From Adineta vaga (taxonomy: Eukaryota > Animalia > Rotifera), in the NCBI GenBank assembly GCA_021613535.1, contig CP075493.1:2046001-2110000 (forward strand): 64,000 nucleotides of DNA, in the 5' to 3' direction. How positions within the stretch are numbered: the first letter of the stretch is position 1; every line of letters starts with the position of its first letter. The position numbers and the translations under genes are program-made. The notes beneath the pieces were generated by a model that had not been told where the DNA came from, did no database searches, and was given only the letters and a program-made list of their open reading frames with translations. Shown one piece after another: positions 50,242 through 62,151 of the stretch.

Positions 50242-52738
50242 TTAGATTCTCAGTTTATCTGAGTCAGGTTTAAATGGCAGTTTATTTGGTTTAGGTTTCG
50301 ATTCAATGGATGGATGAGGTGATGGAGGATTGGTTATTGCTTTGACAAGATGTTCACGCATTGAACGAACAAAATCTTGACCAAATTCTGGATAACGAAT
50401 CTGTGTATCTTCAAATAAATGTCGTAGTTTTTGAAATAAATCTACACCATTTTGTGAACCACGTGTTGAATGATTACCGGAAGGTGAAAGATTATAACGA
50501 ATAGAAAGCTATAGAAGCAAAAAAAAAGAAGATTTAATTAAAAAACAAGAATGCTTTTCTTTTTCTGAATAGTACATCATTAAATATTGATTCTAATAAT
50601 GGATTGAATTGATTCTGTTCAATATTCTAAAAAAGAAATATGTATAATGTATTGTCTTACTTGATCTTCTCGTACATACCGAATTTGGTGGTAGTTTTAC
50701 TGTCGGAACCCATGGTTCTGCTTCTTCTTTTGATCTGAAAGATAATTGTATAAGAAAGATTCATTTGTTGAATTCGAAAGATTTACTTGTCTTCATCTGA
50801 ACTTGATTCCCCATCGGATCGACCACCGTGTTCATGTGTTTTTTTCCAATGTTGAAAACGTGATATTAATTCTACCAGATATTTTGTTGGTTTAGTCGTT
50901 GAAACGAATTTCATTCGACGTAATTGTGATGCTGTTGGTCTCTAATTTTGAGAAAAGAAAGTTGAGATAAAATCTTGAAATTTTCACTCGTAAATCTTTA
51001 TACATGTTCAGGATTCTTTTGTAAACAAGCTTCAACAAATTCTCGAAAATTTTTCGAATGATTTTCAGCTAATTGTGGTGGTGGAGTTTTTGGTATTTGA
51101 AATAATACACGCATTGGATGTAAATCAGCATACGGTGGTTCACCTTTAACTAATTCAATTGCGGTGATACCAAGTGACCATATATCCGCCTAAACGATTA
51201 ATAAATACATTTTCTTATGTATAGTCGATAAGTCGTTATTTAGATGATAGACATTTATATGATAAATTACAAGAGAAGCCTGTTTGCCAGATACAGAATA
51301 CATCAAATGAGATTTGTGATCAACAGAAGCAGAAAAATACGATTATCTTAGAACAAAATGTCAGCATTATCAAGGTTATAACATAATACATTTATTTTGA
51401 TCTTATAGAAGAATTAATGGTACAAAAAACTGATTGATTTTCTCAATTTCGAAGAAATTTCACCGGACAAAAGTGTCGATATGAAATTTTCTTTGACATC
51501 ATCTTGATAACGTTTTGATATTCTCGTGTTATTATCAAATTATCTACCTTTTCTCTTCTCATTTGATTTGAACGATGTATATGACGTAAAACGAACACAC
51601 GTAATTAACATATGTTCATCTGTTAACGGTTCATGAATGCATCGTTAATCAGAATAGCGATCATTATTATCTTTTGACATGACCAAGAACATTCTCTTTC
51701 GTATATCATTGAACTCGGTTTTTTCTTATGATGTAAGTTATGTCTAAACTGAATTTGAATTTTTACACTTAACTGTCATTGTCAATACATCTTCTTATAT
51801 AACGACAGATGAAAGATTCATTCTGTAAAATGAAACAAAACTTTCATTGAAAGAAGACTCATTCAATTACAAGTTTATCACTTTGATATCCTTGAGATTA
51901 ATCAATCGAAGATCAACACAAAGATATAACATCTTCTTCTTCTCGTTCGAAAGTTAAAAACTAATTAAATATTTCAAGAAAGTCTTACCGAATAATCATA
52001 TTTATGTTGTAAAATAACTTCAGGTGACATCCAAAAAGGTGTACCAACAAATGTACTACCTTTATTCATAGATTCTGTTAATTGTTTAGCAACACCAAAA
52101 TCTGCTAATTTAACATCACCATGTTCCGAAAGAAGAACATTAGCAGCTTTAATATCACGATGAATTTTCTTTTCAGAATGAAGATATTCCAGACCTTTAA
52201 GAACTTCACGTAAAATAATTGCTATATTTTGTTCACTAAATGGACCAGGTTTCATCAAATCAAGTGCTGAACCTCCACCGAGATATTCCATCACAATCCA
52301 TAGTTTGGTATCCTAGACGAAAAAACAAACCGAATGATTGAAATTTTTATCTTCAAAACTTACTTTTAAATAAGAACCGAAATATTTTGTTATATATGGT
52401 GAATTACATTGTGAAAGTACTTGAATTTCTTGTTGAATATCTTCAATTTCATCTTCTGCCTTTTCCAAATCGATTATTTTAATTGCAACTATATTCGATG
52501 TTTTGATATTAATACCTTTATAAACTTCCTACATGAATGAATAGATTAAACGAATTGGAAAAATTTCATTGAAGAAATAACTTACACCAAACGATCCACG
52601 ACCGATATGTTCAAGTCGTTGAAAGACTTCTTCGGGTTCAATTTTACCCTATAGTGAATGTAAATTTATTTTATAGGAGAAGAAGAAATAGTTTCATACC
52701 TGTTTTTGAGAGATTTGTGGACTTTCACTCATTGACAT
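50242..52738 (-). CDS. Ste20 GCK-III kinase (STK24/STK25/STK26-like)
   Basis: [87 protein letters not shown] and [22 protein letters not shown] at 52738, stop at 50242. Confidence 0.93.
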
Positions 52739-54123
52739 TAACACCAAAAAAGAAAACGAAAGACTTCTACAAGATGAATTACAGTTTGAGTTTTTTTTTG
52801 TCTATTTACATTTGTACATTGAGAAAAAATCTACAAAATGAAATTCAATCTAACATAAACGAAAACACGTTTTTCTTATTACTCGTTATTCTTTTGAATT
52901 TCGATTGTATGCATGAAGAAATAAATACTTCAGTTTATTCGTTCTTGAGTTTGAATTAGTAAGAAAAGATACTGTAATATAATTGATCAATATTCTGATT
53001 GGTTGACTGTCTAAACCATACAGTAACTTTCAACTAGTTGACTGATTGATCGGTTATCTATCTAGTACACTCTTACGAAGTTAACCTTGACTATATGGAA
53101 AGAAAAATGCGTTTTCTTCGTTGCGTTGAACACAATGTCATCACTAGACACACATGTATAGCATTATAGTAAACTGAGAGTTCGATTCTTAATGAAAACC
53201 TTAGTTTGTTCGTTGTCCGAGATACTATATATGAAGACAAGATGATATTTCTCACCATCTATCTATATAAGAATCGATAATCAATGTCATACAAAATGTG
53301 AAAAGAATATATATGCGTTTATTTATTTCGATATATACTCAGTACAACCAATTGATAGTACCAGCTGAAAATTTCTAATTATATTTATTTATAGTTTACA
53401 CATTCCATGGCTGAGTATTAGAACGTTCAGAAATACTACGTTTCTATCGATGGAAGTTCTATCGTAGTATTAGCTTCTACTAGTTAAGAATGAGATTTAC
53501 CAAACATGGATTACGTCGTAGAATTCGAAATTTGTGTGTTATTTGAAGGTCGTCAATGCCGGATCGAAATTGTGTATTCTCTATTTTCGCCTATATGATT
53601 TGATTTTTTGTATCCAGGTAAAATTGATCTTAGTTTACAAAAAACATTCCGAAATAAAAACAAATTCGATTCTATCCATGACAAAAAGCAATTAGCACAA
53701 GTATTTTACATGAGAATTTAAAATATCTTCTACGTTATCAGAAACTTTATCATACATGTTTTGATTGGTTCAAAGTCCGAACCATACATAAAGTTTTAAA
53801 TATTCGTTTGTTCATAATCTCTTCTCAGAGTAAGGAAAGCATAAACATAACGTATGTCGAAAGAATAGACTTATGTGACTCAGTAATTGACCAACATACT
53901 GGATGTATGTAGCAATTCTATTAGCATAAATAGAGTTTATTAACTAAATTTCAGTATGTGTTATATATTTACTTCAACCATACGTTTAAAAGGTATAGTT
54001 TTGTTCTATATAAATGTATATACTGAAACTTTTGATCCTATGGAAAAAAACAGAACAGACAGATAAATCGATTTGACATGACATTTTCTTTTTGATTTTT
54101 GTTTTGGATATAATAAAAAAGCG

Positions 54124-56318
54124 ATGTTTTTCTTTAATCGTATCTCCAATCTTTATCCGATTCGTCATTCTAGTCGTACCGGTTCATTTTTTAATCAACT
54201 CAAAAAACTTTATCGTTCAACAACATTAGATCTATTTATGGCATCAAATAATCGCACATGTTTTATCTTTGATAAAGATGATTCAACAAAAATTCTTATT
54301 CAAATGACTTATGAAATTCCTTCATCAACAGTTCGACGGAAATTTAATCTCTTACGATCTGTTGATGAATCAGTTTCTCAAACAATACGTCGTTTAACAG
54401 CAAATATTGAACAAGCAGCAAAGAAGAAAAATAGAAAACGTGATAAGAAACAAACTACAAATAATTCTCCAGCTGAACTTGAACCTATTGTTGTTCAATT
54501 ATTTGATAGTAATAATCAACTAATCGATGAAAATCGACCTAATAAACAAGCTTGGCTAGATTGTCGACGATTAGTTATCAATGAACAATCATTTAATGTC
54601 GAATACAATGCACCAGGTTGATATATTTTTTCTATTGAAAATCATCATTGATTTCTATATGATTTCTTCTAGCTGTGATCAAATTTCGATTTCCAGAAAT
54701 AATTATGACGAATGCAATCACAACAGCAATTGTAGATCTTGATTATGGTGATCGTGAACATTCATTATTCAATTGGTATGTTGCTGATGGAATAAAAACA
54801 CAAGAAACTGAAGATATGGATGAAACCACTGATGATACACAATGGATACATGTACATACTGGTCCTTTTTGTATATTTCGCGATGAACATGTCAATAAAT
54901 TTGTACGTCTTGCATGTTTACCACGAAATAGTTCACTTCGGGAAGGTATGCAAGCTGTTCATATTTCTAAAACACGAATCATTCCATGTCCTGTTAACTT
55001 ACCTATGAATACAAGGCATCAATTAACACAAGATTATCTTCCAATTGATTCGAATTTGTATAATCTATTCTTTCATTCGATTCCGTAATCTTTATATTCG
55101 TTTTTTTCTTTTATACTATAGACTTCGTGTTGTTTCTTATAACATCTTAGCTGATGGATATGCATCATCAACCGGTGCACGAGAAATTATCTATCCATAT
55201 TGTCCACAAGATTATCTAGAATTTGATTATCGAAAACCGCTTCTTTTCCGAGAAATCTTAGGATATCATGCTGATTTGATCTTATTACAAGAATGTGATA
55301 CGAAACTTTATGAACGTGACTTTTCATCGATAATGAATGCACATGGATATTCAGGTGATTTCAAAATTAAAAGTCAAAATGTTCAAGAAGGTGAAGCGAT
55401 TTTCTATCGAAAAGATCGATTTAGGTAAGAAATTCAATCATATCTTATTCGATCGATTTCAAAAACAAACTATATCTTTCCAGTCCAATCAATACTCATA
55501 GTATCAGATTAGGAGAATATTTACGTGATTCACCACATATGGAACATATTCGGCAACGTTCTGTTTTGGTCGCTGACATTAATACACATTTATTAGAACG
55601 AAATACAGTACTACAGGTCAGTAGAGACGATGCAAAAGATCAATATAGAATGATGATTTTTTTAAAGGTTTTAGCATTACAACCTCAAGGACAATCGAAT
55701 GAAGTTTTACTCATCTGTAATACACATTTGTATTATCATCCTAGAGCTGATATTGTTCGATGTTTTCAAACTGTGATTGCTAACGAACATATTAAAGAAG
55801 TGAAAGAACTCTATGAACAACAAGTAATTCGAATTTCTATTGATTAACTTCTTATCTTATTCAACATTTTCTACGCAGAATAAAAATGTATCGATTATTT
55901 GGGGTGGTGATTTCAATGCGAATACAACATCACTGGCATTTCACTTACTTTTCTCCGGAATCTTATTAACTGATACTAATCATCGATCATACAATGAAGG
56001 TAAGTCATTTATTCTTTCCCAAAAGAAAATTCATTTCTTCACACCACTATTTTTTTAGATTATGCAACATTAATAAAAGATTTTCATTATAAATCATCAA
56101 TTGAATTGAGTACTTATTCAAATTATGCGTATACAAATTATATGATGAATTATCATGATGTTATTGATCATATCTTTTTTGATACGAAAAAATTCAAATT
56201 TGAACGATGTATACCGATGCCAACTAATGAAGAAGTTACTGAATTTACAGCTTTACCATCGTGTAACATTCCGAGTGATCACTTAGCTCTTGTAGAAGAA
56301 CTTGAAATGATTAAATAA
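54124..56318 (+). CDS. PDE12: 2',5'-phosphodiesterase 12 (CCR4/nocturnin EEP family) with a mitochondrial-type presequence
   Basis: Arg/Ser-rich N-terminus lacking acidic residues. EEP motifs RVVSYNILADGY, YCPQDYLEFDYRKPLL, DLILLQECD, CNTHLYYHP, GGDFN, IDHIF and ALPSCNIPSDHLAL. Confidence 0.9.
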
Positions 56319-56770
56319 TGTTTTTTCTATTTCATGATAAAACAAATAAAGTTATTCTTGTTTTGTGTTTTGATACAACTAAAAGATAGATATTTTAGAA
56401 GTGACATGAAGTACGAAAGAAACTGATAACAAATTGTTTTATCGTACTGAAAAAGAACTGAGTATTTTGAAAAAGATTATATGACATACTTATATTTTAA
56501 AAGTTCATTATGTAAAGAGAATATCGTTCAATCTTATGAAGATGATTAATATTCAAATCAGATAGTATTCACTGATATTTTCTCAAAGGAAAGTTTACAA
56601 ACGAATAAAGATTGTTTAAAGCTCCGAGTTTCAGCGTCCTCTATGGCAATTTCTTATTCACCATTCATATAAAGGCAAGTATAAGAAAACAAAATCTTTG
56701 AGATAGATGCATGTCGTATGATTAGATACCTTTTTCTATTTGTTTCATATCTCTTATTATCATAAAGAAA

Positions 56771-57294
56771 ATGCCTCAAGAAGTTAGTAGTCTAATAGAT
56801 AATTATGTGTTCTTGTAAGAAAATTTTCATCTCTAGGAATTACAAGCTCCAGCTGCTTTTGCTGAAATCAATAAACGTGCTGAATCACAACCAGCTCTCG
56901 TTAAAAAAGTTGGTGCTATAATCGTTTTTGATATCACAAAAGATGGTAAAGTTCAACAAAGTTGGAGTAAGTCAAGAAATTTGAAAATTTCAACTATGAT
57001 TGTTCCCTTTTGTTTTAGCTATTGATGGTAAACAAGGAAAGATCTATGAAGGTAAACCAAAAGAAGGTACAACAGCTCAAGTAACAATTACTGTTGATGA
57101 TAACGATTTCATTCAATTATCAACAGGCAAAGCTAATGCACCGGCTGTATGTTTACGATATTTTTTCTCTTCCAATGTTACTTTCTACTCTCTTTCGCTT
57201 TTAGCTATTTGCAAAAGGTAAACTCAAAGTGAAAGGCAACGTGATGTTAGCACAAAAATTATCAACACTTTTTAAAGAACAATCGAAATTATAA
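56771..57294 (+). CDS. Stand-alone SCP2 sterol-binding domain protein with PTS1 peroxisomal signal
   Basis: The spliced product MPQE|ELQAPAAFAEINKR...VKKVGAIIVFDITKDGK...VTITVDDNDFIQLSTGKANAPA|LFAKGKLKVKGNVMLAQKLSTLFKEQSKL* ends in SKL. Confidence 0.9.
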
Positions 57295-57797
57295 AACGAA
57301 AACTGTGATTTACTTATGCTGAAATGCATCGTTTTTTGATTGAAACTGTCAAATTTGATCATAAATATTTCTTAAAAGAGTTCAACAAGTTTCTCAATGC
57401 ATTTACCATTCATAACCTTGAAAGATGTTTAAAAATGAAATCAATCTCATCTCTTTTCGCTTTCTATATCATATGTGAAAAGAAAATTAGGATTATTCAT
57501 AATACACAAGTGTGTGTGTGTGTGTGTGCGGCTATATTTGCACTCAAATGCCTAGTAAAACCATAAACTGAAGGACTTCAAGCAATATGATCTTTTCATC
57601 TCTTCTCTATTTAATGTTCATCGATCGTTTGTCATGGACATTGCAATGTTAAAACTAAGGACGAAAATATATATTATTGAAGTTGACTGAAGAGAAGAGA
57701 GCAGAGATTCTGCGTACATAAAACAAAACTGAGATGTTTATATGATCTGTAGAGAAACAAAAAGGTTTAAGTACATTGTACTCATAAAACGAAAAGA

Positions 57798-57989
57798 ATG
57801 AATACTCAAATAATTGCAAGTGCATCGATTTTATTTTTGATTATAATACTTTTATCTGGTTTCGTTATTGTTCTAATCATTATTTTATATTGTTCGGCAC
57901 TATCAAGGTACACATCTCGTTATAATCGTCCGGAAGAAGAAAAAAAATGCTACTACTGTGTATTTCGGTCAACAACAGATGACAGGTAG
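57798..57989 (+). CDS. Possible small single-pass membrane protein
   Basis: The ATG has a good context and is followed by a ~27-aa hydrophobic stretch and a polar Tyr/Cys tail. A possible donor lies near 57986. No recognisable family. Confidence 0.3.
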   Translation: MNTQIIASASILFLIIILLSGFVIVLIIILYCSALSRYTSRYNRPEEEKKCYYCVFRSTTDDR

Positions 57990-58548
57990 ATTTATTTGAA
58001 AATCTTTTCAATAAGTACTCTTTAAAATGAATCAAAACAAAGAAAATAAGAGAAAAAATTTCGCGCCTAAAATAAATAAAGAAGATTGGAAAGTCTATTA
58101 AGTATTCTGAATATTTCTCATCTGATTTTTATGAGTTTATCGAAATGTTCAACAAAGATTTTTTAATATAATCTATTTATTTGATCATTTCGAATGGGAA
58201 TAGAAGAAGAAAGAGAACCGACCCAAGGCGACTATGAACAAAGAAATAATGATGAGAATGACGTCTTGTGATCATTCGTCTCTTAGATTGGATCGTGTTG
58301 TCATCGTCTCTTTATTGTTCGTTAATAATTCTCTTCATTCTTCTTGAAGTTTTTTTCTCTCTCCCTCTCTCTCTCTCTCTTCTTTTGTTGCCTTCTATCC
58401 TAGTCGCTTACTCGATTTCTTTTCTCTTTACGAACAGTGACGAGAAGTTATAGACAAGTTGCAATTCAAAGTTGACAGAACGGAACAGTGATTAATTGTA
58501 AGGACAGACAAACATACAGTTATTTTTCTAACCATTAAATATTCGAAT

Positions 58549-59665
58549 ATGAGCACTAGTCGACATCGATGGTCTTGGCGAAGTTGTTTCGCTGCTTTTA
58601 AACATACTAAAAAATCTAAAAAACAAAATCATCATCAACCATCAACAAAGTAAAATCATTTACATTGATCGAAATTAACGTATTCTTTCTCTAAATTTAG
58701 TTTAACAAAGTCAATACCTAATGGTACTGTACATACGAAACATTCAGAACCAGTTCATGAAAAGTCTACGATTCCTACTTTATCAATATTAAATAAAAAT
58801 GTTTCATATTCATTACTTGAAACAAATGCATCAGACGATCAATATACATCATCGAGTTCATGTATTATTAAAGTTGATTCATCAAATTATGAGAATGAAA
58901 ATCAATTAATTCATGAAGATAGTATTCAACAAATTGCTCTTGAAGATCTAGATTCATCGTTCGTACATGAAAATTCTCTATTATCAATAAGGGCCACACA
59001 ATTAGATTCGATTGTTGAAGATTCAAATGAAGAAAATGCTGATGATCATGATGAAATAATCCCACCAATGAAGTAAAGTTTCGTTTTTGAATGAAAAAAA
59101 AGATAGATTAATTGAATTTGAGAAAATATCTTTGACTAGATTATGTTGTGACCGTGAAATTGTTGATGATGCCAATAATCTTCATTCTCGTTTATTCGAT
59201 TTAAGTCAAATGAATCATGTCAAAACTCAATTTTATGAAAATGGCAATTTACTCGGTGAATTCTCTCGTCAATTGGAAAAATTAAAACTGAAAACTAATG
59301 ATATCATACGAGCTAGTGCTCAAATGCCACGCGATGCCGAATTACTTGAAGCACGGTATAGATTAAAAGGAAAGTAACACACAGCAAATGTAACTTTTTT
59401 TCCTTATAGATATTCATCATTATCGGCAACACTCGAAAGTCTTTCAATCTTATTAAAAATTGCTCAAATTCCAGCTTGTCGTGCGTTACTCAATCGTTTA
59501 TTTTTCTCTATTGAACAACGTACTGAACAACTAAATAAACTTGTTCAACTAACAACAATGTCATTACATAATATTCAACAACGATTCGAATCATATGATG
59601 ATGATTTTTTATCTTTTCGAAGTGCTCTTTCATCATATGAACAACTTTTTACAACATCTTCATAA
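58549..59665 (+). CDS. Uncharacterised protein, 4 exons (basic N-terminus, acidic disordered middle, helical C-terminal domain)
   Basis: The frame stays open through three short GT-AG introns: MSTSRHRWSWRSCFAAFK...|...EDSNEENADDHDE...|LCCDREIVDDANNLHSRL...|YSSLSATLESL...EQLFTTSS*. Confidence 0.75.
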
Positions 59666-59964
59666 CATGTATATGTCTATGTCTTTGTATCTATGTTTCA
59701 TAGCTCTCTTTAATGAGAATTTCTCAGCCTTTCTTTTTCTCTTGTTTTAACATTAAACTGCTAAGCATATGTATGTATTTTTTCCCTCATTATATCGTTT
59801 TATTCCATCTTGATGATAGATGGACAGATGGAATAGCAGTATGTCTCAATATAGATTCTGTTTTGTTCTTCATAGAGAAAAAACTAATATCGACAAAATC
59901 GATAATATAAACTAACTCGACAGATAATTAGATAGTAAGCATTATCTTCTGAAATAGACACGAG

Positions 59965-61686
59965 ATGTTTGGGATCAATATGACCTCTATTATACGGACT
60001 ACTTTTTTGGGTCTAAGTCTTTTGATGATAAGAAATGTACGAACAATTTCAATTTGTGATACGTTAAAAGAACCGAAAGGTAATGAAACTATCAAGAATG
60101 ATATATCATTGAGATTACAACGTCTTAACACACTTTGCAATGCCATACATGCGTCGAAAGTGATACCAGATTTTGATTTAAATCAAATCAATTCAGGTAT
60201 TTCTTAGATTCTTTCCAAAGACAATTAATAAAGTGTTATTTAGAAATAGAAGCTAATCAAATATTAAAACGATTTCGCCGTGGTCGAGGCGGAGGTGGAG
60301 GACGTGGTGGTGGCGGTGGTCGTAGTGGTGGTGGTCGATTTGGTGGTGGTCGATTTAGTAGTGGTAGCAGAAGTAGTAGTAGTAGAAGTGGTTCGAGAAT
60401 TTTTAGTCGTAAGGAATCATTTTAGTGATATAAATCTTTGCTAATCTTGCTCTATTATCTCTAGGTAGTGGTTCATCATCATCAAGTGGTCGTACTGGAA
60501 TTTTTTCTCGTAAAATAAATACTTTATCTATTATAGACTAAGATACTTCTCTTCTATCAGGCAGTGGTAGTAGTCGTAGTGGAACATTTGGTGGTGGAGG
60601 TAATCGAGTACGTGCAGGAATTCGATCGATGTTACATAGATCATCATCGGGTGCAAGTTTGTATTCACAGATAGACTTGTCAATAACATCATTCTATATT
60701 TCTTTATTAAAAGGAGTCGCCTCTGGCTCAAGTGGAAGTTCATCAGGTTTTGGTTCTCGAATTCGTAAGTTAATGTTTTAAATAATGATGAAAAAAACAA
60801 CAGTTTAAGATTCATAGGCAAAATAACACATGGTATTGGTGGTAGTAGCGGTGGTAGTAGTATTCGATCTGGTAAAAATCATTTTGGAATTGGGGGCTCT
60901 GGAGGAAGCATCTGGGTGAGTTCAATTTTTTTTAATAGTTTTTCGTTAATATTTTTTCTAGTCACGTTCAAGCAAAACGTTTGTACCACAAGCTGTTCGC
61001 TTTGGTAAACGATATTATCAACGAAGAAAATATAATCAAGGTATGTATGCTGGCGTTGGATATTATGCTGGTAGCCGAATGGGATATCATGGACATTATT
61101 ATGGGCATGGTAACTAAACAAATATCTCTAGAAATATAAACTAACGATTTATATCGTTTGTTTTCAGGACATTATGGTTATCCACCTTCATCAGAACATC
61201 CTCCAGAAAGCATTAATGGAACAAAACCAGATGTATTCTATTGTATTCAAGAAGATCTCAATACGACATTAGTCAATAGCACATTGGATAAAGATGGTTT
61301 TGGTGTTTGTAATATATCTGGTAAATTAGTTACGTGTCCAGTCGAAATTGAATGCAAATTATCGGAAGCAGACACTTGCTGTGAAGGTTAATAATTAGCG
61401 TTTCTCTTCTATTTATTTTCATTAGAAGAAATTCATTTAGATGAAGAAGGCACACCTTTTTGTTGTGGTGGTCCAATGCCTCACGAATATATTTCTGAAT
61501 ATGGTGGATATGCAGATGATTGGAGAGATTCCGCTGATAGTATTAATAAAATGTAAGAAAACTTTCATTTCACAAAATCATTTCATTGTTTCTATTCTGA
61601 ATTCTAATAGGTTAAATATATTTACAATTGTAATGATTATGCTCACAACAATGTGTTATTTGAAATGGAATCGACATGTCGAATAA
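59965..61686 (+). CDS. Secreted/GPI-type Gly-Arg-Ser-rich protein with a Cys-rich C-terminal domain (about 10 exons)
   Basis: Signal peptide; furin-like KRFRR; RGG/GS repeats in small exons; GMYAGVGYYAG segment; Cys domain FYC...GVC...TCPVEIEC...DTCCEDEEGTPFCCGG; hydrophobic C-terminus LNIFTIVMIMLTTMCYL. Confidence 0.8.
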
Positions 61687-61823
61687 ATGATCTTCATACG
61701 GGGATTTTATTTGATCAATGTTTTCAAAACAAAAACTTTTTCAATTTGATGATAAACATACACGCTATACTGAAGAAATAAAGAGATAGATGTACTACGT
61801 AGAATTAAGATTCATTCTTCGAT

Positions 61824-62151
61824 TTAATTGCTTTGCCGTTTACCATAAGCAAGAGAATATGGTAGACCATATAATGCAGATAAAAGTTCACTTTTACGTT
61901 TTGTATGCATATATACTTCTTGATCATTACCAGCGCTCTCATCTGCAATTAAACCATCGTCACCAAGGCGAAGAAATTGAATATGAGATGATGGACCATT
62001 TTCATAGGTCTAAAATATAATTTATCTATTTCAATAATTCGAATGAAATACAAAGATTACGTACAGCTCGACTTTCAACATGAGTTGAACAGAATATTGT
62101 TAACGTAATAAATAAAACCGCCAATGTGCAAAATATTTTCAACATTGTCAT
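61824..62151 (-). CDS. pdf: Pigment-dispersing factor (PDF)-like neuropeptide precursor, 90 aa, 2 exons (62151-62065 and 62009-61824)
   Basis: Signal peptide MTMLKIFCTLAVLFITLTIFCSTHVES, a 55-nt GT-AG intron, an acidic propeptide, then KR-KSELLSALYGLPYSLAY-GKR. The peptide aligns with arthropod PDH/PDF NSELINSxLGLP...amide. Confidence 0.85.
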
